DNA of 64,000 nt from contig JBCCHT010000051.1 of the NCBI GenBank assembly GCA_039028615.1, positions 28,959 to 92,958 on the forward strand, written 5' to 3'. The notes below the pieces were generated by a model. It was not told the origin of the DNA. It searched no databases and was given only the letters and a program-made list of their open reading frames with translations. The translations under genes and the position numbers were made by a program. How positions within the stretch are numbered: the stretch's first letter is position 1; every line of letters begins with the position of its first letter. This DNA is from Myxococcota bacterium. GTDB lineage: Bacteria > Myxococcota_A > Polyangia > Nannocystales > Nannocystaceae. Positions 28,973 to 38,042 of this stretch are shown in pieces.

Positions 28973-29857
28973 GTGATCGCCGTGTACTCGAGCCGTTGGT
29001 GGCGACGGGCCCTGAGCCCCCTCCTGCTCACCGTGGCGTTATCGCCCGCGTGTGACGAGGACGACGCTCCTCCCAAAGGCACGGCGAACGAGGCCGCCGC
29101 CGGGGCCGGAGTCGTCGCCGACGAGACCCCCGCCGATGCCCCGCCGCCGGCCCCCGCACTGCCCGAAGCCGAGGTCATTCTCGACAAGGCCACCGCGGCT
29201 TTGGGCGGACGAGAGGCCATCGACCGCATCCAGAGCTTCCACTATCGCGGCACCATCGAGATGGTCGGCCACAACATCCACGGCAAGCTCCAGATCTGGT
29301 GGAAGAAGGGGGACTTCTTCATGGAGCAGATCGTGCCCGGCATCGGCGAGATGCGGGCGGGCAAGCGAGGCGACGAGATCTGGGCCGACGACCCCGTCAA
29401 CGGGCGACGCAAGCTGACTGGAGTCGAGGCCGAGCAACACGCGTGGGCCTCGACCCTGCTGCTGGCCGCCGCCTGGAAGGACTACTTCGACGAGGCCGAG
29501 ACGGTGGCCGAGCGCAAAGTGAAGGGCCGCACCCTCTACGACGTCAAGCTCACCTCCAAGAGCGGCATGGCCGTCACCATGAGCTTCGACGCCGACAGCG
29601 GCCTGCAGGTGGGCCAAGCCTTCGAACAGGTCACGCCCATGGGCAAGCAGCCCTTCGACGTCACCTTCCAGGACTATCGCGAGGTCGAGGGCATCAAGTT
29701 CGCCTTCAAGCAGGTCATCGACGCCAAGTTCCAAGAGATCGTGCAAGAGATCGAGCACGTCGAGCTCAACGCCGAAGTCGACCCCAGCAAGTTCGCGTTT
29801 CCCCGCTCCGGGGCGGACCTCGTGCGCCAGAAAGCCGAAGCCAAGGCAGGCGGTTAG
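28973..29857 (+). CDS. Lipoprotein, LolA-like/outer-membrane lipoprotein-sorting fold
   Basis: LSPAC lipobox; ILDKATAALGGREAI, FQDYREVEGIKF, LNAEVDPSKF motifs. Confidence 0.7.
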   Translation: MIAVYSSRWWRRALSPLLLTVALSPACDEDDAPPKGTANEAAAGAGVVADETPADAPPPAPALPEAEVILDKATAALGGREAIDRIQSFHYRGTIEMVGHNIHGKLQIWWKKGDFFMEQIVPGIGEMRAGKRGDEIWADDPVNGRRKLTGVEAEQHAWASTLLLAAAWKDYFDEAETVAERKVKGRTLYDVKLTSKSGMAVTMSFDADSGLQVGQAFEQVTPMGKQPFDVTFQDYREVEGIKFAFKQVIDAKFQEIVQEIEHVELNAEVDPSKFAFPRSGADLVRQKAEAKAGG

Positions 29858-29860
29858 ACG

Positions 29861-30358
29861 ATGGACCTGTACGTACTGCGTCACAGCATGGCGGTGGAGC
29901 GGGGCAGGCTCCCGCGCGACTCCGACCGACCCCTGACCGAGGCCGGTCAGAAGCGGCTGGAGCGGGCCACCCAGGCCTGGGACGCAATTGGCGTGAGCGT
30001 GGAGCTGGTGGTCACCAGCCCGCTCCTTCGCGCCCAGCAGAGCGCAACCATCGCGGCCGCGGCCCTCGGCATCTCCGACCGGATCCACCCCGAGCGCTCC
30101 CTCGCCCCCGGGGCTTCGCCCGCGGCCATGGTGCGCACCCTCGACGACTACCAGAGCCGCGCCGATCGAATCATGCTCGTCGGACACGAGCCCGATCTCG
30201 GACGCTTGGTGAGTACGCTCGTCTGCGGAAACGACGAGGCGGGCTTCCGCATCAAGAAGGCCGGCCTGCTGCGATTGTCCATCGGCACGCTCCGCGCGGG
30301 TCGATGCGCCACGTTGGAGTGGCAGCTGTGGCCCCGGCACTTGCTCAAGATGAGCTGA
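29861..30358 (+). CDS. sixA: Phosphohistidine phosphatase SixA
   Basis: LYVLRH, DSDRPLTEAG, TSPLLRAQQSA, LVGHEPDL, KKAG. Confidence 0.88.
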   Translation: MDLYVLRHSMAVERGRLPRDSDRPLTEAGQKRLERATQAWDAIGVSVELVVTSPLLRAQQSATIAAAALGISDRIHPERSLAPGASPAAMVRTLDDYQSRADRIMLVGHEPDLGRLVSTLVCGNDEAGFRIKKAGLLRLSIGTLRAGRCATLEWQLWPRHLLKMS

Positions 30359-30615
30359 CGACGTTCCTCGCGTCGGACCACGTTCCGACCCTTCACCCGA
30401 ACGTGATTCCGCAAGGAGCATGACTCGACGAACGCGGTCTCGAGCACCGTGAGCCATCGCCCGTTCGAGAGGGAGCGTTCTCGCTCCTCGCCCTCGTGCT
30501 CTACCGTCGACTGAAGCCCTCGGATATAACTCGGTCGAACCGTGCTGCGATGCTCGGCTGGTCATGCGGGTCGTCCCAAACTCGCTGCCGACTCGCGACA
30601 ACTGAAGGAACGCCC

Positions 30616-33462
30616 GTGAAAGCCGACCTCATCGAAGTTCTGGCCTGTCCGGCCTGCCGTGGTCCGTTGACGACGACCGACGCAGTCGACGGCCGCATCG
30701 TGAACGGCATCTTGCGTTGCGAGGCATGCGGCACGGCCACCCCGGTCGCGCACGGGTTCCCGCTCTTCGAGCACACCCGACTCGACGATGGCCGCACCGA
30801 CGTGACCTGGGTCGAGTCGGCCGCCAGCAAGTGGTTCCAAGATCGCGGCACCTACGAGGAGTTCCTACGCAAGAAGGCCGAGCGCAAGACCTACGACGCC
30901 TACGCGATGTTCCAGCCCTTCAACGAGTCGCTCCGCGCCCTGCTCGCGGTGATCGAGCCGATTCGGGCCCAGCTGTCGCCGGGCGACGTCATCCTCGACA
31001 CGTGGAGCCGCTCGGGCTGGCCCGGGGCCTGGGTCGCCTCGCTCTTCCCCGAGCAGCACGTGATCTCGCTGTGGGAAGGCGACGGCAACGTGCTCGGCTA
31101 CGCGGGCTTCGACTACTGGCTGGGCGAGGGCCAGCGCCGCGACAACTGGGACATCGTCTTCACCCACGCCAGCGATCCGCTGCCCTTTCGCACGGGGGCC
31201 TTCGCGCTGCTGCACGGCTACGAGTCGCTGCACCGCTATCGCCCGGGGATGTTCGTCTCCGAAGCACATCGGGTCACGGCCGACGATGGTGCCATCGTCT
31301 TCACCCACATCCACCTGACCAACAGCGAGCCCGACCCCTGGTTCGAGCGCGGCTGCATCCAGCGGCACGGCACGCTGTACCGCGGGCTCTTCGATCGGCT
31401 GCATGCCGGCCAGGATCGCAAGGCCCTGGTCTTTGGCGAGCGCACCCTGTTCGAGGCGGGCGAGTCGTTCACCTTCACCGACGCCGCCCAGACCGAAGAC
31501 TACAACGGCGCCATCGTGATCGGGCCCGCCGCGTGGGAAGGCCAGACCTTCCGCACCGAGCACGCCCAGCCCATCACTCGGGACTCGTTCCTCATCGTCA
31601 ACCCGCTCTTCGACCTCGACCTCGGCGGCGCGCAGGCGTCGTGGAGCTACGACGGCCGCGAAGGCCAGGTCGGGCACCTGCTCGAGCGACACCCCTGCTA
31701 CGAAGACCGCATCCGCTCCCTGAAGAGCGCCACCATGCACGGCTACCAGCCCGAGCTGGTCTACTTCGCCGCGCAGTCGTGGACCTTCGGGCAGATCGCC
31801 GACCGGCTCGGCGTCGACGAGTCCGAGCTGCTCGCCCAGGCCAAAGAGCTCGCCGAAAAAGAGATCCTCTGGCCGGCCACCGTCTCCCCGGCCATGGCTC
31901 GGCTGCAGCACTACTACGGCACCATCGAGGTCGCCGACCCGCAAGAGGGCTCGTTCGCCGCGCTGTGGGCCAAGCTCCCCGCGCTGTACGAAGAGCGGCC
32001 GATCATCGAGACCGAGGACGGCACCGAGTTCACCTGGGAGGTCGTGGAGCAGCTGGGCACCGCCGTCGCCTGCTGGCTGCTCGAGACCACCACGGTCGGC
32101 GACCGCGTGCTGCTGCACTGCCCCAACTGTCCCGAGGCCTATATCGTCATCTGGGCGTGCTGGCTGACGGGGCGCACCATCGTGCCCGTCGAGCCCGATC
32201 TTCCGCTCGAGGCGGTCAACGAGCTCATCGGTCGCACGAGCCCCGCGCTGGCCTTTTCCATGCAGGCCCTGTCGGTGCCGAGCTACCAGTTCGACAGCCT
32301 GTACGACGAAGAGCAGCCGAGCGAGCTGCCCACCTTCTCCGAAGGCATCGAGCCCTACCTCGAGGCGCCCGAGCCCGCGCTGCCCGAGGTCGACGGCACG
32401 GGCGACGCGGCCATCTTGTTCACGTCGGGGAGCACCGGTCGCCCCAAGGGCGTGCGGCTGAGCCACGCCGCGCTGACCTCCAGCGGCGCGGCCTTGGCCC
32501 GCCACTTCCAGTGGGTACCCGGCGACCGGCTCTACTCGGGCGGGGCCAGCTACTCGATGTCGGGCCTGCGCAACCCCGCGCTGGGTGCCCTGCATGCGGG
32601 CGCCACCATCGTGCTGCCCGAGGCCCAGGGCCCCATGAACCCGCTGCGCGCCTACGAGCTGGTGCGGCTGCAATCGGTCAGCATCGTGACCACCGTGCCC
32701 GCCCAGCTCAACGCCTGGATCGCCATGCGCGAGCGCCTCAAGGACCAGCCCCGGCCCGCCTCGCTGCGATCGATCGCCTACACCGGGCACGGCATCTCCG
32801 ACGCGGTGCGCGAAGAAGTCAGCCAGTGGCTCGAGGTCCCGGTGACCGGCTACTACGGGCTCACCGAGACCTGCGGCCTGTGTCTCGGCGACGAGGTCGG
32901 ACAGCGTGCCCAGGGCAACATCGGGGGGCCCGTCGCCGCCCTGGCCCAAGTGGTCGATCGCGACGGGGTGGTCGTGCCCGATGGCGAGCGCGGCGAGCTT
33001 CGGATCTGTAGCCCGCGCATCATGAGCGGCTATCTCGAGGCCGACACCGTGAGCACCGTGCGGCTCGAGCACGGCTGGCTCTACACCGGAGACGCCGCCA
33101 TTCGCCAAGCCGACGGCAGCGTCGAGCTGGTGGGGCGCTTCGACGACCAGATCAAAGACCGCTTCGGAGACACCGTGTTTCCCTCCGAGGTCGAAGGCGT
33201 GGCAGCCGAGCTGTCGGCCGTCGACGACTGCGCGTGCCTGGCCGTGCACGATGCCTCCGACGTCGCCTCGCTCGTCTTGTTCGTCGTCGCCCACGAAGGG
33301 GCCGACCGCGGCGAGATCGAGTCCGAGGTCCTGCGATCGGTCGATGCTCGGCTCGGCGCACGCAAGCGACCGGGCCGCATCGTGTTCTGCGAGTCGCTGC
33401 CGCGCAAGACCAGCGGCAAAGTCAACCGACAGGCCCTGCTTTCGCAGGCCGGGATGAAGTGA
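30616..33462 (+). CDS. Fusion of Trm112-like Zn domain, methyltransferase-like domain and AMP-binding (ANL) domain
   Basis: LACPACRG...LRCEACG...HGFPL (Trm112-like); VILDTWSRSG and LPFRTGAF (degenerate class I MTase); FTSGSTGRPKG, YGLTE, YTGD, LPRKTSGKV (ANL). GAAGGA RBS precedes GTG 30616. Confidence 0.85.
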   Translation: MKADLIEVLACPACRGPLTTTDAVDGRIVNGILRCEACGTATPVAHGFPLFEHTRLDDGRTDVTWVESAASKWFQDRGTYEEFLRKKAERKTYDAYAMFQPFNESLRALLAVIEPIRAQLSPGDVILDTWSRSGWPGAWVASLFPEQHVISLWEGDGNVLGYAGFDYWLGEGQRRDNWDIVFTHASDPLPFRTGAFALLHGYESLHRYRPGMFVSEAHRVTADDGAIVFTHIHLTNSEPDPWFERGCIQRHGTLYRGLFDRLHAGQDRKALVFGERTLFEAGESFTFTDAAQTEDYNGAIVIGPAAWEGQTFRTEHAQPITRDSFLIVNPLFDLDLGGAQASWSYDGREGQVGHLLERHPCYEDRIRSLKSATMHGYQPELVYFAAQSWTFGQIADRLGVDESELLAQAKELAEKEILWPATVSPAMARLQHYYGTIEVADPQEGSFAALWAKLPALYEERPIIETEDGTEFTWEVVEQLGTAVACWLLETTTVGDRVLLHCPNCPEAYIVIWACWLTGRTIVPVEPDLPLEAVNELIGRTSPALAFSMQALSVPSYQFDSLYDEEQPSELPTFSEGIEPYLEAPEPALPEVDGTGDAAILFTSGSTGRPKGVRLSHAALTSSGAALARHFQWVPGDRLYSGGASYSMSGLRNPALGALHAGATIVLPEAQGPMNPLRAYELVRLQSVSIVTTVPAQLNAWIAMRERLKDQPRPASLRSIAYTGHGISDAVREEVSQWLEVPVTGYYGLTETCGLCLGDEVGQRAQGNIGGPVAALAQVVDRDGVVVPDGERGELRICSPRIMSGYLEADTVSTVRLEHGWLYTGDAAIRQADGSVELVGRFDDQIKDRFGDTVFPSEVEGVAAELSAVDDCACLAVHDASDVASLVLFVVAHEGADRGEIESEVLRSVDARLGARKRPGRIVFCESLPRKTSGKVNRQALLSQAGMK

Positions 33463-35291
33463 ACGACGTGACGACCTTCCATCAATACGCGTCGGCTCGG
33501 CCGCGCAAGCAAGAGTTCCTCGACGGTGACAACGCGATCACCTACGGGGCCCTGACCGAGCAGCTCGGCAAGACCATCGCCTACCTGCAAAAGCAGGGCC
33601 TCCAATCGGGCGATCGCATCGTCATCGCCAGCGACGACAGCTCCGCCTTCGCCTCGCTGTTCTTCGCCATGGTCGACATGGGCGTCGCGGTGGTGCTCGG
33701 CGACCCCGGCATGACGCCGGCCGAGCTCGCCCGCCTGGTCGCCCTGCTCTCGCCGGCCGGCATCATCATGGACGACGCGCTCATCAAGCGCCTCGGGGCC
33801 AGCAACCACGACCTGCGGCTGTGCCTGTCCATCAAGGCCAAGGCCAAGGGCGGCGGCCTGCTCGGCAAGCTGCTGGGGAAGAAGCGAGCCAAGGCCGCGC
33901 CCGCCAGCACCTACCCGGCCGTGCTCGATGGCCTCGACGCCGTCACCCCCGACGGCGGCAGCGATGACGACGTCGCGTTCATCGTGATGACCTCGGGCTC
34001 CACCTCGCAGCCCAAGGCCGTGCCCGGCACGCGCAAGGCTCTATTCGCCCACCTCGACACGCTCACCAAGCAGTTCGGCTACGACGACGGCAGCCGCATC
34101 ATGAACCTGCTGCCGCTGTCGCACGTGGACGGGATCATCCAGGGCCCCGCGCTCGCCTGCCGCACGGGCGGCACCTGGGTACGGCCCTTCCCCTTCACCG
34201 TGCAGAACATCGAGCCGATGCTGCACGGCATCTACAGCAAGCGGGTCACCCACTTCATCGGCGTCCCCACCATCCTCTCGCTCATCCACCGCATGTCCAC
34301 GAACCTCGAGGACAGCTTCGCCACCGACGACTTCAAGTTCGTGGTGTCGGCGGCGGGCAAGCTCGAGGTCGAGCTGTGGCAGGGCTTCGAGACCACCTTC
34401 AAGACCCGCGTCTGCAACCTCTTCGGGCTCTCCGAGACGGTCACCGGGGGTCTGTTCGCCGGGCCCGGCGACGACTCCCGCCGCTACGGCACCATCGGCA
34501 AGCCCACCGACTGCGAGGCGCGGATCATCGACGAGCAAGGCAACGACGTCGCCGACGGGGGGACCGGCGAGCTGTTGCTGCGCGGCGACAACGTCTTCGG
34601 CGGCTACATCTCCGACGATCCCAACGTCAACGACGGCCTGTTCATCGACGGCTGGCTGCGCACGGGCGACTTGGTCCACCGCGACGCCGATGGCTTCTAC
34701 GTCATCGACGGTCGCCTCAAGAACGTGGTCATCACGGGCGGCGAGAACATCTACCCCGAGGAGATCACCGAGGTACTCAACGGCCACCCGGGCGTGGGCG
34801 CGGCCACCTGCTTCGGCCTGCCCCACGGCGAGTGGGGCGAGATCCTCGTCGCCCTGGTCCAGCGCACCGACGCCTCGCTCGCGGAAAACGACCTCATCGG
34901 CTGGGCCCGCGAGCGGCTGAGTGCCTACAAGGTGCCCAAGGAGATCGCCTTCACCGGGGAGCTGCCCCTGGGCCCCTCGGGCAAGGTCCGCATGAAGGAG
35001 GCCAAGAAGATCTTCGAGGAGCTCCGTGGCGGCGACGCGGGAGCCAGCGGCAACGTCGACGAGCGCGTCATCGCCATCGCGGCCTCCACTTTCAAGCAGC
35101 CCAAGGATTCCCTGGGTGCGCGCTCGGGCCCGCACAACACCCCGGGCTGGGACTCGCTGGCGCACATCAGCTTCGTCGTCGCCCTCGAGGCCGCGTTCTC
35201 CATCAAGATCGCCACCGGTGAAATCATGGCGCTCCAGAGCCTGGGCGACGCCGTCAACACCGTGAGCAGTCACGTCGACAAACGGGTATGA
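33459..35291 (+). CDS. AMP-binding (acyl-AMP ligase) enzyme with C-terminal acyl carrier protein
   Basis: MTSGSTSQPK, FGLSE, GWLRTGD, GGENIYPEEI, PSGKV; ACP motif GWDSLAHISFVVALEAAF. GTGA overlap with the previous gene. Confidence 0.9.
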   Translation: MNDVTTFHQYASARPRKQEFLDGDNAITYGALTEQLGKTIAYLQKQGLQSGDRIVIASDDSSAFASLFFAMVDMGVAVVLGDPGMTPAELARLVALLSPAGIIMDDALIKRLGASNHDLRLCLSIKAKAKGGGLLGKLLGKKRAKAAPASTYPAVLDGLDAVTPDGGSDDDVAFIVMTSGSTSQPKAVPGTRKALFAHLDTLTKQFGYDDGSRIMNLLPLSHVDGIIQGPALACRTGGTWVRPFPFTVQNIEPMLHGIYSKRVTHFIGVPTILSLIHRMSTNLEDSFATDDFKFVVSAAGKLEVELWQGFETTFKTRVCNLFGLSETVTGGLFAGPGDDSRRYGTIGKPTDCEARIIDEQGNDVADGGTGELLLRGDNVFGGYISDDPNVNDGLFIDGWLRTGDLVHRDADGFYVIDGRLKNVVITGGENIYPEEITEVLNGHPGVGAATCFGLPHGEWGEILVALVQRTDASLAENDLIGWARERLSAYKVPKEIAFTGELPLGPSGKVRMKEAKKIFEELRGGDAGASGNVDERVIAIAASTFKQPKDSLGARSGPHNTPGWDSLAHISFVVALEAAFSIKIATGEIMALQSLGDAVNTVSSHVDKRV

Positions 35292-36280
35292 ACAGCCGGG
35301 TCCTGGTCTTGTTGGTCGCGCTGACCTCCGCCTACGTGCTGGCGGGGGTCTACACCGCCTATGCGCTGGTGCAGTCGGCCTACCAGGTGCCCAACCACGA
35401 GCGCTCGTACTCCGACTTCATCTTCGCGTGGGACTGGTGGAAGCGCTCCGATCCCGAAGCCCTATACGAAGACACCGACGTCGTCGCCTACGTCTCGTCC
35501 GTGGGCGGCCGCGCCCTATCGCCCCACGAAGTCGAAGAGGTCAGCAAGTGGCTCGTGGTCGAAGAGGACGTCGGCGGCCGCAAAGTCGCCGCCATCGGCC
35601 GCTTCCGACAGCCTCACCTGTTTCACTACTCGCCCTTCTTCGCCGCCAACGAGGACGGGGGCCGCATCGTCTTCATCACCGAGCGCTCGCTCATGGGCAT
35701 CTGGGACTCCGAGTCCCGACGCCGCGACCGACTCAAGGCGGTGTCGTTCCTCTTCCGCGGCTACATCGAGCAGATGTGGCCCTCCGGTCTGCAGTTCGAC
35801 ACCCTCGGCGACCTGCGCCGCGCCAACGAGGCGCTCAAAGACGAGAGCCGCGCCAACCCCTTCCGGCGGGACTTCAAGGTCGTCGACGGCGAGAAGGTCG
35901 ACTTCATGCTGCAGCAGCGCATCGACACCGACGGCCTCGACGGCCTCGAGTTCGATGACTTCCCTGCCGACATCCTCGAGACGGTTCACCGCTTCGTCGA
36001 GCAGGGCAACACCGTCTGGATCGTCTCCATCGCCCGCTCGCAGACCTTCGAGCCGCTCTACGCCGAGCGCATGGCCAAGACGCGCGACGCCATCTCGGAG
36101 CTGGCCGCCGACATCGACGGCATCGAGCACCTGTACTTCCCCGCCCTGCACGAGCGCTACTACCGAGACCACGCCCACATGAATGCGGCCGGCTCGGCGC
36201 TCTTCCACGAGTGGCTCACCGCGCAGCTCGACGCCCATGACGCGGGGCAGCCCCTGCCCGGCACGAGGGTCGCGCCATGA
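35288..36280 (+). CDS. Membrane-anchored DltD/AlgJ-like SGNH-type acyltransferase (putative)
   Basis: N-terminal TM; AYVSSVG (possible block I Ser); C-terminal YRDHAHMNAAGS (DxxH); ATGA-coupled between the ACP gene and the MBOAT. Confidence 0.7.
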   Translation: MNSRVLVLLVALTSAYVLAGVYTAYALVQSAYQVPNHERSYSDFIFAWDWWKRSDPEALYEDTDVVAYVSSVGGRALSPHEVEEVSKWLVVEEDVGGRKVAAIGRFRQPHLFHYSPFFAANEDGGRIVFITERSLMGIWDSESRRRDRLKAVSFLFRGYIEQMWPSGLQFDTLGDLRRANEALKDESRANPFRRDFKVVDGEKVDFMLQQRIDTDGLDGLEFDDFPADILETVHRFVEQGNTVWIVSIARSQTFEPLYAERMAKTRDAISELAADIDGIEHLYFPALHERYYRDHAHMNAAGSALFHEWLTAQLDAHDAGQPLPGTRVAP

Positions 36281-37404
36281 ACCCGTTGCAGTGGATCCAC
36301 CTGGCCATCGCCTTCGGCCTGGTCGCCCTGTTCTGGATCGTCCCCAAGAAGGCGCGCCTGTTCGTGCTCGCGGGCGCGGGCATGGCCGGCATGGCCTACC
36401 TCGACTGGCGCTCGCTCCTCGTGCTCGTCGCCTCGAGCCTCGCCGTCTTCGCCCTCACCCGTCGGGGAGGCAAGGCGGGCTACGCCGCCGCCATCGCCAC
36501 CTGCTGCGTCACCCTGCTCGGCTACCGCGCCTGGCAGGTGGCCGTCGCCGCCGACACCAGTACCTTCGTACTGCTGGGCTGCGCCTTCTACCTGCTGCGC
36601 CTGGCCCACTACGCCATCGATTCCGCCGCGGGCAAGGTCCGCGACCACGGCCTGGCCATCTTCATCGCCTACTGCTTCTTCTGGCCCACCCTCACCGTGG
36701 GTCCCGTCAACCGCTTCGACGCCTTCATGCGCGACGACCAGCGACGGCGCTGGGACCCGCGGCTGTTCATCTCCGGCCTCGAGCGGATCCTCTTCGGCTA
36801 CTTCAAGCTGGTGGTGCTGGCCAACTACCTGCTGGCCACCAAGTTCCTGCCCTTCGCTCAGAACTTGGGCGGGGACGACAATGCGCTGGGGGCATGGCTA
36901 CTCAACATGCACTACGGCCTCGACCTGTACTTCCGCTTCGGGGCCTTCTCCGACATTGCCATCGGGCTGTCGCGGCTGGTGGGGGTGCGGGTCATGGAGA
37001 ACTTCCGCTGGCCGTACTTTCAGGCCAACATCGCGGAGTTTTGGCGGAGCTGGCACATCTCGGTGTCGGGGTGGTGTCGGGACTATGTGTTCTCGCCCAT
37101 CGCGTTCAAGCTGCGGCAGCCGGCGGCGGGTGTGGTCGCCTCGATGCTCATCCTGGGGATCTGGCATGAGCTGTCGTTGCGGTACGTGTTATGGGGGCTG
37201 TTTCATGGGGTGGGGATCGTGGTTCATCGGCTCTGGCTGGCGTATGTGGGGCCTCGGATTGGGGGGGTGCCGGGGTGGATTCGGTATGGGGTCGGGATGG
37301 TGGTTACGTTCAACTTTGTGGTGTTGGGGTACTCGCTGACTCGGACGGATAGTCTGGCGGAGGCGGGGCGGGTCTTTGTGACGATCTTGACGTTGGGAGG
37401 GTAG
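36277..37404 (+). CDS. MBOAT-family O-acyltransferase (DltB/AlgI-like)
   Basis: FWPTLTVGPV, FGAFSDIAIG, ENFRWPY...EFWRSWHISVSGWCRDYVF, GIWHE (catalytic His). Confidence 0.93.
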   Translation: MNPLQWIHLAIAFGLVALFWIVPKKARLFVLAGAGMAGMAYLDWRSLLVLVASSLAVFALTRRGGKAGYAAAIATCCVTLLGYRAWQVAVAADTSTFVLLGCAFYLLRLAHYAIDSAAGKVRDHGLAIFIAYCFFWPTLTVGPVNRFDAFMRDDQRRRWDPRLFISGLERILFGYFKLVVLANYLLATKFLPFAQNLGGDDNALGAWLLNMHYGLDLYFRFGAFSDIAIGLSRLVGVRVMENFRWPYFQANIAEFWRSWHISVSGWCRDYVFSPIAFKLRQPAAGVVASMLILGIWHELSLRYVLWGLFHGVGIVVHRLWLAYVGPRIGGVPGWIRYGVGMVVTFNFVVLGYSLTRTDSLAEAGRVFVTILTLGG

Positions 37405-37408
37405 GGGG

Positions 37409-37546
37409 ATGTTTGCTTGGTTGAATGAGCGTATTGGGCTTACGGGGGCGGTTGTTGTGGCGCCGCTGGTTTATGCGATTGTTGTGTTGGTGATCTTGAT
37501 GTTTGTGGATTTGCCGACGGAGACGTTTCGGTATCTGGATATCTAG
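37409..37546 (+). CDS. 45-aa DltX-like single-TM peptide (not in ORF track)
   Basis: MFAWLNERIGLTGAVVVAPLVYAIVVLVILMFVDLPTETFRYLDI*. Starts 4 nt after the MBOAT stop, with GGAGG upstream. One TM helix plus a C-terminal F-x-Y-x-x-hydrophobic hexapeptide. Confidence 0.8.
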   Translation: MFAWLNERIGLTGAVVVAPLVYAIVVLVILMFVDLPTETFRYLDI

Positions 37547-37605
37547 GTCCGAGGTGATTCTGCTTCCTCGAGGGTGGGGATTGCTTCGAGTTGGTTCGGC
37601 GGAGG

Positions 37606-37780
37606 GTTCGAACGGGGGGCTCGCCTGTTGACGGCTGGATCCCTCCCCGGACGTGCTCGGCGGCCGTGAGGTTCGAGTGTTTCGCGACGGCAGTCGGCGG
37701 CCGCCTCCGCGCGACCGGGCCCCCTCCATCCTACGCGGCTTCGCTTCAGCCCTCCCCGGGACTCGGCCTCCCGGGCGAAC
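37606..37780 (+). repeat. ~175-bp dispersed repeat element, followed by a partial 3' copy at about 37815-37857
   Basis: gttcgaacggggggctcgcctgttgacggctggatccctccccggacgtgctcggcggccgt...cctccatcctacgcggcttcgcttcagccctcccc. Confidence 0.9.
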
Positions 37781-38042
37781 GTGGAGTGGGGCCTGCTCGA
37801 TCGTACCTTGGCTTGCTTCGCCTTGGCCCTCCCCGTGACTCGGTCTTCCGGTCGAACGGGGAGTGCCTCCTGCTCGATCACACGCTTGCTTTGCTTCGCG
37901 ATGGATGAGGGCTAGAGTTTCCACGGGGTCGATGTTGGGGCGAGCGGGCGGCGTGGGTTTTGCTCGGGCGGTGCCTGGTTTGCTTGGAGGGGGAGCGGTG
38001 GGGTCGCCTGTTCGTGGCGTGATCTTCTTCGGTTGCTGGTCC

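Noticed and set aside
30616..35291. NRPS/PKS cluster
   Set aside because: There are no condensation, ketosynthase or thioesterase domains. The A and ACP domains are coupled to MBOAT/SGNH genes instead.
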